DNA of 63,774 bases, the filler included, from Octopus bimaculoides (Eukaryota): the NCBI RefSeq assembly GCF_001194135.2. It is 11 parts of 11 records of this genome, joined end to end, with 100 filler letters (N's around TTAATTAATTAA, not from the genome) between each part and the next. Parts side by side here need not be neighbours in the genome. Positions count along the whole stretch, not along the records: positions 1 to 31,900 come from NC_068984.1; 10 more parts are not named here. The stretch is one strand, 5' to 3'. Below the pieces are notes generated by a model. It had not been told where the DNA came from and did no database searches. It saw only the letters and a program-made list of their open reading frames with translations. Both the position numbers and the translations under genes were made by a program. The number at the start of each line of letters is the position of its first letter. Within the stretch, counting starts at the first letter, position 1. Below are positions 1 through 11,749 of this stretch, piece by piece.

Positions 1-538
1 CACTTGGACAAGTTGTGGACAAGTAAAACTAGGCTTATCTATAATTCTTATTACTATCCTATCTAGATAAGACTTGAACCTTCCGTCGCCACTCATCCAG
101 GTCCACTCTGGCACGTTCGGATGTTCAAGCCTGTAACGGTCTGCCAGCTGAAATCGCTTAAGATCGACGAGGCGTGAGTTCACTTTTCTATGAATCGAGC
201 CGACACTATCGATGCGAGCGTCAACAATAGCGTTGAAGTCCCCTAACACTACTAATGTCTTCGACGTCACGAGAAAGCCCTCTAGGCGCCGATAAAAGTC
301 AGTTTGGAAACCTCTAGCGCATGGTGCGTAGAGTCCGAGCAGCCTGTATGTCACATCAAGGACGACCAGCCCACCTTCAGGATCCACATAGACTGTACTT
401 GTCTGCAAAGCCAAGCCATTGCGGATCAGTACCACTACACCCCCTCGCCCCCCCGGTCTGGCCAGGAGACATGATTTTCTCATAGCCATTCAGGAGAGGC
501 GAGAAGGTTCGTAGACTGTCCAGCTTGGTCTCTGTAGC
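1..538 (-). mobile_element. Tx1/L1-like LINE ORF2 apurinic-type endonuclease fragment (frameshifted)
   Basis: Manual minus-strand translation gives ATETKLD...GVVVLIRNG...VDPEGGLVVLDV...GLYAP...LVVLGDFNAIVD...EWTW...SYLDRIVI, the conserved APE-endonuclease motifs, with one frameshift in the C-run near 450. Confidence 0.85.
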
Positions 539-846
539 NNNNNNNNNNNNNNNNNNNNNNNNNNNNNNNNNNNNNNNNNNNNNNNNNNNNNNNNNNNNNN
601 NNNNNNNNNNNNNNNNNNNNNNNNNNNNNNNNNNNNNNNNNNNNNNNNNNNNNNNNNNNNNNNNNNNNNNNNNNNNNNNNNNNNNNNNNNNNNNNNNNNN
701 NNNNNNNNNNNNNNNNNNNNNNNNNNNNNNNNNNNNNNNNNNNNNNNNNNNNNNNNNNNNNNNNNNNNNNNNNNNNNNNNNNNNNNNNNNNNNNNNNNNN
801 NNNNNNNNNNNNNNNNNNNNNNNNNNNNNNNNNNNNNNNNNNNNNN

Positions 847-1500
847 NTGTGGGCGGGGATAGTGAATGTGTTCTCTTTTTTTTCTTCTCTTCACAGTTAT
901 GAATCCCCCTTCTGTCTCCATACTGTCTTCTGGGGGAGTTGTATTTTGTTCAGGTGGTGTCACAATATTCACAGGGGTGGTGGGTTTTGGAAGTGTAGGG
1001 GCCTGTGTATGTTGGCGCTGGGTAATGTTTTCAGTTTGTTTGGGACTGGACATCAAGACAGCGGGAGTAGGTTTATTTGTTGTTGTCGGGGTTAATGGGT
1101 TTGTGAGGAGGGTTTTTTTTGTTTTTACTGTGGGGTCTGATGTATGCGCAGGCTTATCAAGTTACATTTCGGCAACATGTGCTTTCACGGATATATAAGG
1201 ATGAACAAAAATCACTGTACTGTGTTGGGTACATCAGGGGATGTTGATTTTTGTTTATTCTTTGTGTCTCGACCATACGTGCACTGATGAATAAAAGATG
1301 CAGCTTACTGCATAGTTTTGTTGTATTAATTATGAAACCAGTGATTTGCCGTTAAGTTAAAAGTTTTTAGGAGGTTAGCTTTGAAAAGTTGCATTTCCTC
1401 GCGTTCGGTAAATATGTGCTTATTTTGGTAGTTTTGACTTATAAAGTCCCTCTAAGCGTGAGGCATTACTGTATAGTAATGCCTTTATATAAATTATATT
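847..1500 (-). mobile_element. Probable ORF1 C-terminus and 5' region of the same Tx1-like element
   Basis: Pro/Thr-rich ORF ending in MET...FITVKRRKK, upstream of and co-oriented with the endonuclease across a gap; assignment by position only. Confidence 0.4.
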
Positions 1501-2289
1501 NNNNNNNNNNNNNNNNNNNNNNNNNNNNNNNNNNNNNNNNNNNNNNNNNNNNNNNNNNNNNNNNNNNNNNNNNNNNNNNNNNNNNNNNNNNNNNNNNNNN
1601 NNNNNNNNNNNNNNNNNNNNNNNNNNNNNNNNNNNNNNNNNNNNNNNNNNNNNNNNNNNNNNNNNNNNNNNNNNNNNNNNNNNNNNNNNNNNNNNNNNNN
1701 NNNNNNNNNNNNNNNNNNNNNNNNNNNNNNNNNNNNNNNNNNNNNNNNNNNNNNNNNNNNNNNNNNNNNNNNNNNNNNNNNNNNNNNNNNNNNNNNNNNN
1801 NNNNNNNNNNNNNNNNNNNNNNNNNNNNNNNNNNNNNNNNNNNNNNNNNNNNNNNNNNNNNNNNNNNNNNNNNNNNNNNNNNNNNNNNNNNNNNNNNNNN
1901 NNNNNNNNNNNNNNNNNNNNNNNNNNNNNNNNNNNNNNNNNNNNNNNNNNNNNNNNNNNNNNNNNNNNNNNNNNNNNNNNNNNNNNNNNNNNNNNNNNNN
2001 NNNNNNNNNNNNNNNNNNNNNNNNNNNNNNNNNNNNNNNNNNNNNNNNNNNNNNNNNNNNNNNNNNNNNNNNNNNNNNNNNNNNNNNNNNNNNNNNNNNN
2101 NNNNNNNNNNNNNNNNNNNNNNNNNNNNNNNNNNNNNNNNNNNNNNNNNNNNNNNNNNNNNNNNNNNNNNNNNNNNNNNNNNNNNNNNNNNNNNNNNNNN
2201 NNNNNNNNNNNNNNNNNNNNNNNNNNNNNGTGTGTGTGTGTGTGAGAGGAATTTTGTTAAATTTCTTCCAACCACTTTAAGTTTTTCAA

Positions 2290-3240
2290 AGTTTCAGAAT
2301 CTCAACCATGTCTTCTGCAGTACTATGGAGAGTGTTATCTTCGGCAATCAGAGGTCCGACAAATGAAATAGCGACCTTATGTTTTTTTGGCGAATGAAAA
2401 GAAAACTGGAATTGAGATTAATTTTCTCGATGGCCCACTTCTCATTTATTCTTTCACTAGTAATGATAGACTTCAAACAGTTTGGGAAATCAAATTTCTT
2501 TAATTCCAGTAGAGCTACGTCTGACAGATGGGAGTGGTGCAGCTGGCAATAGTTTAGCCGGTTGATTTTTTATTTATTCTTTTTATTTTTCTTATGTGCG
2601 ACTTAAAATTTTTTTTTAGGCAACCTACATTTTGTTTTGTCCATGGACCGTAGTGGAGTGAGGCGTGAACAGATGCTTGTGACAGTGTCCACAAATAACT
2701 GCTACGATGCGGCAATGCTACTTGGGGAGAGGGAATCTGCGAAAGACCAGTCAATGAACGAATGATCGTGGGTAGTTTCCTTCCAGTTAGCATTGTGGAG
2801 ATCTAAGAGATCGAAAGGGTGCGCTGGTGTGTGATAGTCAGGCTTTTTTCGAGGCTGCCGAAACCTCAGGTTACAAAAAAGCTATATCGTGGTCTGAGAG
2901 AAGAGTTTTCTCCACTGCAATATCATGGATAGTGTTTGGGGTGGCCTGAAGAGCCCAATTATCACTAAGTCGTTTTGGAAAATGAGATATCCGTATCTGG
3001 CAACTCCCCCTATTCTTCTGCCGATACGGTTTGTCCGAATGCTGGTAAAATTTTTCACTTTCATTTCAGCTTCCAGGTGTGAGTAATCAAAGTGAGTCGC
3101 AGTAAGGACGAAGAAGAGAATGTGCTGTGGGTGGTGGGTAACCCAATCTTCAATGAATTTAATTTTCCATTGTTTTGCCTTGCAGGAAGGACTAATGCCT
3201 TGAGCATTCAGTAGAAATGTCGACACAAAAGTAATGGCTT
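2290..3240 (-). mobile_element. Degraded CR1-group LINE: endonuclease N-terminus plus EN-RT linker
   Basis: ORF 2882-3226 reads FLLNAQGI...VLTATH...IRTNRIGRRIGGVA...IIGLFRPP. The downstream minus strand reads approximately FSFAKK...VGPLIAEDNTLHSTAEDMVEILK with stops and frameshifts. Confidence 0.65.
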
Positions 3241-3689
3241 GATTGTACTTATAAGGAGCGTCGAAAAAGGTTTATGGCTTAACGGCAGCGAGGAGGAGAG
3301 TCTCTTCTCTAGGGTAGTGACAGAGGTTGGTGCTGTGTGGTAGCTAAGACACCTTTCTGAATCTCTTTTGTCGGGTTTCGTATGGATAAAAAAGAAGAAT
3401 TTACCTGGTTAAGAAGTATTTGATGGATGGAGTTGTGGTTACACTGGCAGTTTGCTCGGTTGTTTTTGTTTCTACCGAGAGTTGTTTTTTGTTTTGTTTT
3501 TTCGTGTTATAAATTCAGAGCGAAAATCAGTAGAAGAGAAATGTGCGGAAGCCTCTCGTATGTATGGTGTATATGTTTGTGTGTGTGTATATGTCTGAGT
3601 GTGTGTTCTGTATGTGTGTGTGTGTTTGCATTTGAGTAAGGTGAAGAAAATAAGGTGCACGGAAGAGGTTAAATAAGACAGAGGATCTT

Positions 3690-4470
3690 TGTGATTTGAC
3701 GGCCAACACTTGTTTTCTTAACGAAGCACTTTCAAACTTGGGACACTGGTAGAATGTGTCATACGAAACAACTTTTTCTCTTAGCCTTCTTAACAAAAAA
3801 TTGTACATCGCAAGTTATTTCATGTTGAAGTTGTCGTATTTCTGTAATTTCAACCAATCACTGACGTCTATTCAGCTGAATACAGTCAGCGCTCTTTCGT
3901 AAACAATCATTTTTGGCAGGTCATAAAAATGTTATTCCCTGTGACATATTTCATCCGGTTTAATCGTAATTTATACGCATATATTGTTTATATAATAAAT
4001 TACGCTGTGCGTATCNNNNNNNNNNNNNNNNNNNNNNNNNNNNNNNNNNNNNNNNNNNNNNNNNNNNNNNNNNNNNNNNNNNNNNNNNNNNNNNNNNNNN
4101 NNNNNNNNNNNNNNNNNNNNNNNNNNNNNNNNNNNNNNNNNNNNNNNNNNNNNNNNNNNNNNNNNNNNNNNNNNNNNNNNNNNNNNNNNNNNNNNNNNNN
4201 NNNNNNNNNNNNNNNNNNNNNNNNNNNNNNNNNNGGGAATTAATACCATATACACCGTCACAGTAGTAACTGTATTCAACTGAATAGACGTCAGTGATTA
4301 GTTGAAATTATTGAACTAAGACAATTTTTAACGTGAAATAACTTCGAATACAAAATTTTTTATCTGTTCTATACCACAAAATATACAAGTATACGAAGTT
4401 TGAAAGTGTTTCGGTACCAAAAACACTACATAAAAAAATGTTGCCCGTCAAATCATAAAGGTCCAAGACA
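3690..4470. repeat. Long imperfect inverted repeat (~200-bp arms) around a gap; foldback/MITE-like
   Basis: The reverse complement of 3690-3890 aligns with 4268-4470 (ACTGTATTCA-CTGAATAGACGTCAGTGATT-GTTGAAATTA...AAGTTTGAAAGTG...CCGTCAAATCA-AAAG-TCC). Confidence 0.75.
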
Positions 4471-5379
4471 GATAATATCCGTTACTGTCAACATTTTTGA
4501 AGCCCTATTAAATCCAAACAGTTCTAAAAGTTTCGGTTGATCTTATTAAAGTTATCTCCCTTGCTTGCTCTACTTCCCTAGATGCTTGAGTGATTTCATT
4601 GTCGACAACCCATATAACATATTGTGACCTTACCGTATTGATAAGAAATGTAAGAATAAAGAGAGGGAATGAAGGGGCTAATTTTACGGCTTTGGAATTG
4701 GATTAACAACATTTAAAACAAAGTCTGTTGTAAATGAAGTAAACAAATATTTTTTTAATTAGTCGGAGGAAGAAGAGTGGTAACCAGGAATGTGACAGAA
4801 GCGATTCCAAGGATCCAGCCCTCAGTGAAGGCGAGGTTTGTTATTGAGAGCAGAGACTGGTAGACAAACTTAATGTGGAGTCCTATTATTGCTTTGCCTA
4901 CTCAAATGCATCAGAATGGTTAGTTAGTAGCTGGTTCAACAAGTGCCTTATGAGGAGAGGTCATTAGGGTGTCAAAGTTAGCAGTAATAAGCTTCAGCGT
5001 ATTTTGGGAGCATTACCAAGTTAGTAAGATTGGCGGTGTGTCGAGGTGACAGTGCGACTGGAAGGACTAGTAAATAGCCATAAATGTGATACGATCTTTC
5101 TCGTTTGACAGGAAGAGAAATAAAAATGTATAATTTAAGTTTTCAAGGTAGTTTTCACGGGGTGATTGATGTATTTTCACCAAATTTCATTTTGATTTTG
5201 TTTGTGATTGGCGAACAACGGTATTATCATTGGTTACAACCTTCCAAGCATGGCAATCGTCCGTGCTCCTGCATTTCTGACGCCAAGAATGACAAGGGTG
5301 TGTCTGTAACTGTAACTTGATGTAGAACATCGCTCAAACAACACTGGTTCTTCGAGTTTCTTGCTGATACACACACACA

Positions 5380-5449
<70 letters not shown>

Positions 5450-5810
5450 NNNNNNNNNNNNNNNNNNNNNNNNNNNNNNNNNNNNNNNNNNNNNNNNNNN
5501 NNNNNNNNNNNNNNNNNNNNNNNNNNNNNNNNNNNNNNNNNNNNNNNNNNNNNNNNNNNNNNNNNNNNNNNNNNNNNNNNNNNNNNNNNNNNNNNNNNNN
5601 NNNNNNNNNNNNNNNNNNNNNNNNNNNNNNNNNNNNNNNNNNNNNNNNNNNNNNNNNNNNNNNNNNNNNNNNNNNNNNNNNNNNNNNNNNNNNNNNNNNN
5701 NNNNNNNNNNNNNNNNNNNNNNNNNNNNNNNNNNNNNNNNNNACGATTTTACCGGCTTCATCTAGCTAGCTAGCTATCTACTTATTTGTCTGTCTGCACA
5801 TATGTATATA

Positions 5811-5879
<69 letters not shown>

Positions 5880-6685
5880 GGCGCACGAAGAAGTGGTGAC
5901 GAAAAGAAAAAGCTGATTACATTCACATTTAACACGCATATGTACACTCAGTCAAAGAAAGACCTTCGGTATTAAACTGCCTCGGAAGAGAATTTCTCCT
6001 GGCTGAAAACACATCGAGCTGGCTTACGAACGATGTAATCGAACTGCAGGACACATGTTTCTCTGTCATTATGCCTCGTTATTTGCAGACACAGAAAACG
6101 TCGTTCATAACTCACTAAGAATTGTCATTTCTTATATGTAAATAATAAATTTGCTGGCGTGTGCAAAATTTTGACAAGCTGGACTTAATTATTTATGTGT
6201 GTTTCTGTGTGTCGTGTGTGTGCATGTATACACGATCACACACATTCACATGCGCGGGTACACAAGTACACACGCATATACACAACAGCATTCCACGTAG
6301 TTTCCGTCTATCAAATTTCATTCTCAGTCTGGGAATATAATAGAAAAAATTAACGAAGATGCTACGAAGTTAGCTGGAACCCAGAGAGAAATCAAACATC
6401 TTAACCTCAAACTCACGTTTGTGCTCAAATCAACAAGTGTATTTAGCTATTTAGACAAAGCCAGTCAGTACTCCAGTACTTTGACGAGGTCTACATCAAT
6501 TCTCTATCAACGTCAATGTGTGTTTTATTTTGTATTTAATTAAAATGTTTAATGTTTGTTTTAGTACTGGCTAAACTAACAGTATGGAAAAATTGGTGTA
6601 TTTAGATACTTTGTTGTCGTTCGTCACGTGTTCACGGCGTTCGAGTGTGTGTGTGTGTGTCCTGCCTGGTATAAATGTATTTGAA

Positions 6686-7058
6686 GGCGCAATGGCCCAG
6701 TGTTTACGACAGCGGCCTTGCGATCATAAGATCGCGGTTTCGATTCCCAGACCGGGCGTTGTGAGTGTTTATTGAGCGAAAACACCTAATAGCTCCACGA
6801 GGCTCCGGTGGTGAACCCTGCTGTACTCTTTCACCACAACTTTCTCTCACTCTTACTTCCTGTTTCTGCTGTGCCTGTAATTCAAAGGGTCAGCCTTGTC
6901 ACACTGTGTCACGCTGAATATCCCCGAGAACTACGTTAAGGGTACACGTGTCTGTGGAGTGCTCAGCCATTTGCACGTTAATTTCATGAGCAGGCTGTTC
7001 CGTTGATCGGATCAACTGGAACCCTCAACGTCGTAAGCGACGGAGTGCCAACAACAAC
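6686..7058 (+). mobile_element. tRNA-derived SINE family A, full length with TSD
   Basis: A-box TGGCCCAGTG, B-box GGTTTCGATTCCC, (CAA)n tail, 12-bp TSD TGGTATAAATGT at 6667-6678 and 7060-7071; several copies in the window. Confidence 0.9.
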
Positions 7059-7149
7059 TTGGTATAAATGTGTGTTTCTGCAATTCGTTTCGCAACGAGT
7101 AGAGTCCCATATTCGATTCCACTTTGTCCGAATCAGAAATCATTATTAA

Positions 7150-7350
7150 GGCAGTGAGCTGGCAAATTCATTAGAGTAACGAGCAAAATGCTCAACGGCA
7201 TTTCTTCCGCCTCTTTAACGTTTTGAGTTCAAATTCCGTTGGAGTCAACTTATCCTTTTTTTCCTTTCGGAATCTATAAGATAGTACCAGTTGAACGCTG
7301 GGGTCGATGTAATCGACTTAGACCCCACCCCTAAATTTGTTGACCTTGAA
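7150..7350 (+). mobile_element. SINE family B copy
   Basis: GGC-G-GAGCTGGCA...TGAGTTCAAATTCC...GGGGTCGATGTAATCGACT, shared with copies at 28045, 53090 and 56053. Confidence 0.75.
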
Positions 7351-7619
7351 ACTATTATTATTGTTGTTGTTGACGTTATTGTCTTCATACGAGCCTTTCC
7401 AAACCGCAACAGTAAGATGGACGTTTTACTATGGGAGCTATTTATGATTAGCGATGAAATAGTGTAGGGGAAGGAGACCAGAATCTAAGAACTAAGATTC
7501 AGTTAAATTTGTATTATTTCAGTTTTGAATGAGTTTGAATAAAATCAGGGATTTTTAAGTTACCAGTGTCTTTCTTAGGATGTGGGCCGTCCCCATCTTT
7601 TTTATTTTTTTTATTTTTT

Positions 7620-7745
7620 GTGTTTGTTTCAGTTATCTGACTGTAACCATGCTGGGGCACCACCTTGAAATTTTTGTCGAATATATTGACCGCAGGACAT
7701 TTTTTTAAAGCCTGTTACTCTGTCGAACTCTTTTGCCGAAGTGGT
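7620..7745 (-). mobile_element. SINE family C 3' fragment
   Basis: TTTCAGT...GACTG...CCATGCTGGGGCACC motif shared with other family C copies. Confidence 0.6.
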
Positions 7746-7994
7746 GATGGCAGAAAAAACACACACTCACACACACACACACACNNNNNNNNNNNNNNNN
7801 NNNNNNNNNNNNNNNNNNNNNNNNNNNNNNNNNNNNNNNNNNNNNNNNNNNNNNNNNNNNNNNNNNNNNNNNNNNNNNNNNNNNNNNNNNNNNNCTAAGT
7901 GTAACCTCCATCAGTTAAAATATATCTCTGGAAATTTTCATTAAAAAAGAATGATGTCAATTTTCAACTATTTTTATAAAAAAAAATAATAAAA

Positions 7995-8382
7995 GGCTTA
8001 CCTACTCGAGTCATGCCAACTCATAAAGGCCGGTTTGCCAATTTCTCTGGCGTATAAATTCCCCACCTGGACGGCAAGGTTACTCACTTTTGCCAGCTGA
8101 GTGGACTGAAGCAACAAAACAGTTTATAGCAGAGACTCCAGCTAAGAAGATCTGAAGAAGGAATTGTAATTCCGAAATATCATCGGACTATAGATAACCA
8201 AATTACAACAGGTATATAGTCCATTTTTTGTTTTATAGTGCATTGTTGTACCATTCTAAACTTTTATTCTTTATGAAATGAAGTGTTTTGCTCAAGAACA
8301 CAACGCCTCACCTGGTCCAGGAATCGAAACCACAATCTTACGATCATGAGTCCAACACCTTAACCACTAAGCCATGCGTCTC
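7995..8382 (-). mobile_element. CORE-like SINE family D, interrupted by a ~157-bp insertion (8116-8272)
   Basis: tRNA head (reverse complement of GGAATCGAAACC...AACCACTAAGCCA) and TTGAGCAAAACACTT core. The copy at 30290 shows AGCAAC-ATGAAAT contiguous, which defines the insertion. Confidence 0.7.
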
Positions 8383-8387
8383 CCCTT

Positions 8388-8715
8388 TAATGATCTCTGG
8401 AGTTGCGTTACTCGAAAGGGTTCGTAGCCCGGAGATCAGGAAGTTTCTTCAGGTCGATCCGCTGCTTCTCCGCATTGAGAGGTTACGGCTCCGGTCTAAC
8501 GATCATATGATTAGGATATAAGACGGATTCTTCAAGCCGAGCCAGGTTTACAGGAAACCCAGAAAGAAGACCATGAACGAGATGGGTGGATGATATCCAT
8601 GGTCGTATTTGGTTACAGCCAGAAGGTTTAATGACAGCTGGAGCAGGTGCTTCAGAACTCTACTCTCACGACACCAGGAATAGTGAACGGAGAAAATGGA
8701 TGGATGGATGGATGG
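8388..8715 (+). mobile_element. RTE-clade LINE 3' end with (GGAT)n tail
   Basis: Translation ISGVALLERVRSPEIRKFLQVDPLLLRIERLRLR..HMIR...RKPR...WVDDI is the typical RTE C-terminal region; degraded. Confidence 0.7.
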
Positions 8716-9931
8716 AAAAAAGTTGTGGGGATACAAAGTAAGCATGGGAGGGGGCACTGCTTCGTTTATGAAGGGAGACAGAACAAACTGAATCGTTTAT
8801 GCGAAATAATATGTATGATACAAAACATGAAATGTGTACGCTTTTGTGTCTAATTTTATGTCTGCGTGTATGCGTCTCTAACTGCGCGCGCGCGTGTGTG
8901 CGTGCGCGCGTGCGCGCGTGTGCGTGCGTGCGTGTGTTTAAGTTTAACATGCGACATGGAAGTCTCCGAAAACTTTAAAACCACTTTTCGAATTTGCGGA
9001 AATGTTTGTATTCTGAAAAGATAAGTGTCAAGAAAGTTAATTTTCATATGTTTGAAGAAGATTCCTGTCGCCAAATCAATCAATAGTTCCTGAAAGGGGC
9101 GAGAGAGATTTGGTGGAAAGTTGGTGGAGGGAAACAAGTAAAAAGTTCAAGGCCAGAGCTCTCCTCCTCCTCCTCTTCCTCCTCCCAATACCCTTACTCC
9201 ATTTCTGCCACTTTCCTATTCACGCTCGGGAACAGCGGGGCTGGGGACAGGAGTTTTACAGTTTTATTTATTTATTTATTTATTTATTCAAGTAGGAAGA
9301 GTGGGTGAAGGTATATAGAATAACATCAGCAGCCATGGTATGAAAGTTTTCATGTTTTAACAGTACGGAGTTAACCAAGGAAAGCAAAAGAAATAAACGG
9401 GGATAACTAATGATAGAGAAGAAATAGATAGGAGTTGGGAGGAGAAAGGAATAAATGCAAAAGCAACAGCAGCATTTAAAACCCTGTAAGAAATATAAAT
9501 AAATTATATATATATATATATAGTGGGTTCTCCCGTTTACTTCCATGTATGAGGGTCTAACAGCGAATATTATAGCACAGAGAGTATTATTGCTGTTAGA
9601 CTACTCACGTTTTCAGTTGCCTTGTTTTCAGTGATGAAATGCCGCATTTTTTTGCAAATGCTGATGGCAAAAAGTTTGGGCAAGCGTTTGCTTACAAACT
9701 CAGTGAACAACGTACCTTAAGGTTTTCGATTAGAGTTCTTCGTTTCCTGGATTTGTGACCTTCGTTACGGGTTAAGAGTCGAACCCAACCTGACGGGCTA
9801 AATGCGCACCTGGGTAGCAAACAAGAACCAGAACGAGATATTTCTAAGCCCGCGGTCATAAATACATACATAAATACCTGCATACGCGCATACATACATA
9901 CACATAAATGCATGAATACGTATATATATAT

Positions 9932-9994
<63 letters not shown>

Positions 9995-10013
9995 TACGTA
10001 TATATATATATAT

Positions 10014-10141
10014 TTGTTGTTGTTGGCACTCCGTCGCTTACGACGTCGAGGGTTCCAGTTGATCCGGTCAACGGAACAGCCTGCTCCTGAAATTAACGTG
10101 CAAATGGCTGAGCACTCCACAGACACGTGTATCCTTAACGT
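10014..10141 (-). mobile_element. SINE family A 3' end (cut by gap)
   Basis: Near-identical to the reverse complement of 6935-7058. Confidence 0.9.
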
Positions 10142-11424
10142 NNNNNNNNNNNNNNNNNNNNNNNNNNNNNNNNNNNNNNNNNNNNNNNNNNNNNNNNNNN
10201 NNNNNNNNNNNNNNNNNNNNNNNNNNNNNNNNNNNNNNNNNNNNNNNNNNNNNNNNNNNNNNNNNNNNNNNNNNNNNNNNNNNNNNNNNNNNNNNNNNNN
10301 NNNNNNNNNNNNNNNNNNNNNNNNNNNNNNNNNNNNNNNNNNNNNNNNNNNNNNNNNNNNNNNNNNNNNNNNNNNNNNNNNNNNNNNNNNNNNNNNNNNN
10401 NNNNNNNNNNNNNNNNNNNNNNNNNNNNNNNNNNNNNNNNNNNNNNNNNNNNNNNNNNNNNNNNNNNNNNNNNNNNNNNNNNNNNNNNNNNNNNNNNNNN
10501 NNNNNNNNNNNNNNNNNNNNNNNNNNNNNNNNNNNNNNNNNNNNNNNNNNNNNNNNNNNNNNNNNNNNNNNNNNNNNNNNNNNNNNNNNNNNNNNNNNNN
10601 NNNNNNNNNNNNNNNNNNNNNNNNNNNNNNNNNNNNNNNNNNNNNNNNNNNNNNNNNNNNNNNNNNNNNNNNNNNNNNNNNNNNNNNNNNNNNNNNNNNN
10701 NNNNNNNNNNNNNNNNNNNNNNNNNNNNNNNNNNNNNNNNNNNNNNNNNNNNNNNNNNNNNNNNNNNNNNNNNNNNNNNNNNNNNNNNNNNNNNNNNNNN
10801 NNNNNNNNNNNNNNNNNNNNNNNNNNNNNNNNNNNNNNNNNNNNNNNNNNNNNNNNNNNNNNNNNNNNNNNNNNNNNNNNNNNNNNNNNNNNNNNNNNNN
10901 NNNNNNNNNNNNNNNNNNNNNNNNNNNNNNNNNNNNNNNNNNNNNNNNNNNNNNNNNNNNNNNNNNNNNNNNNNNNNNNNNNNNNNNNNNNNNNNNNNNN
11001 NNNNNNNNNNNNNNNNNNNNNNNNNNNNNNNNNNNNNNNNNNNNNNNNNNNNNNNNNNNNNNNNNNNNNNNNNNNNNNNNNNNNNNNNNNNNNNNNNNNN
11101 NNNNNNNNNNNNNNNNNNNNNNNNNNNNNNAAACCGCTGGATCAATCTGCACCAAATTTGGCTGCCTGGAAATTACATCAGTTTTACTTTTTTACTTTGA
11201 AGGTAAACGATTCTGAAACGCTTTTTGGTTGTGATAATGAAACAAGGGGTTTAAAGAAAAAGAAACAGTAAGGTTTCTAAATAACGAAAGGTCTTCATAC
11301 AGATACATTCTTATGCACTGTACGATATCTTTCAATTTATACAATAAACTTTATAAAAATTTTAACGTTTGCGTCTTATGAAGCTAAATTTATAAGTTCT
11401 AAAATTGCAGAAGAATTCGTTGCT

Positions 11425-11600
11425 GGGCAGTTTAGTTTAATGGTGAAACACTTGACGCGTAATCACAGAGACGTGAGTTCGAGTCTCATGGCCGGCCAGT
11501 AACGTATTTTTCTGCAATATATGGATAATTTATCCTGATCACGCTATTTATAGCATTGTCACGCGTTTGAGAAATAAATTTATTTCCGTATCTTAAAGTT
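11425..11600 (+). mobile_element. tRNA-headed repeat family E (tRNA-Thr(CGT)-like head, poor acceptor stem)
   Basis: D arm GTTT/AAAC, T arm GTGAG-TTCGAGT-CTCAT, followed by TTTTTCTGCAA-ATATGG...GCGTTTGAGAA-TAAATT; second copy at 23398-23555 on the minus strand. Confidence 0.6.
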
Positions 11601-11749
11601 CAATATTCCCGTGACATAAGTTAGAGATATCATAACATGAGTTATTCAAATGATTGTTCGTCGAATGGACATAATAAAATTAGCTAGTGTACACTCGATA
11701 TTTCATATTTAAATCCGATGTGACTATTTCTACTTGGATATTGGTCCTA

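Noticed and set aside
4680-5070. Very decayed LINE endonuclease/linker on the minus strand (HTANLTNLV-like)
   Set aside because: Similarity is too fragmentary to call without an alignment search.
11425-11498. Functional tRNA-Thr(CGT) gene
   Set aside because: Acceptor and anticodon stems are mismatched, and the sequence continues into a repeat body shared with 23398-23555.
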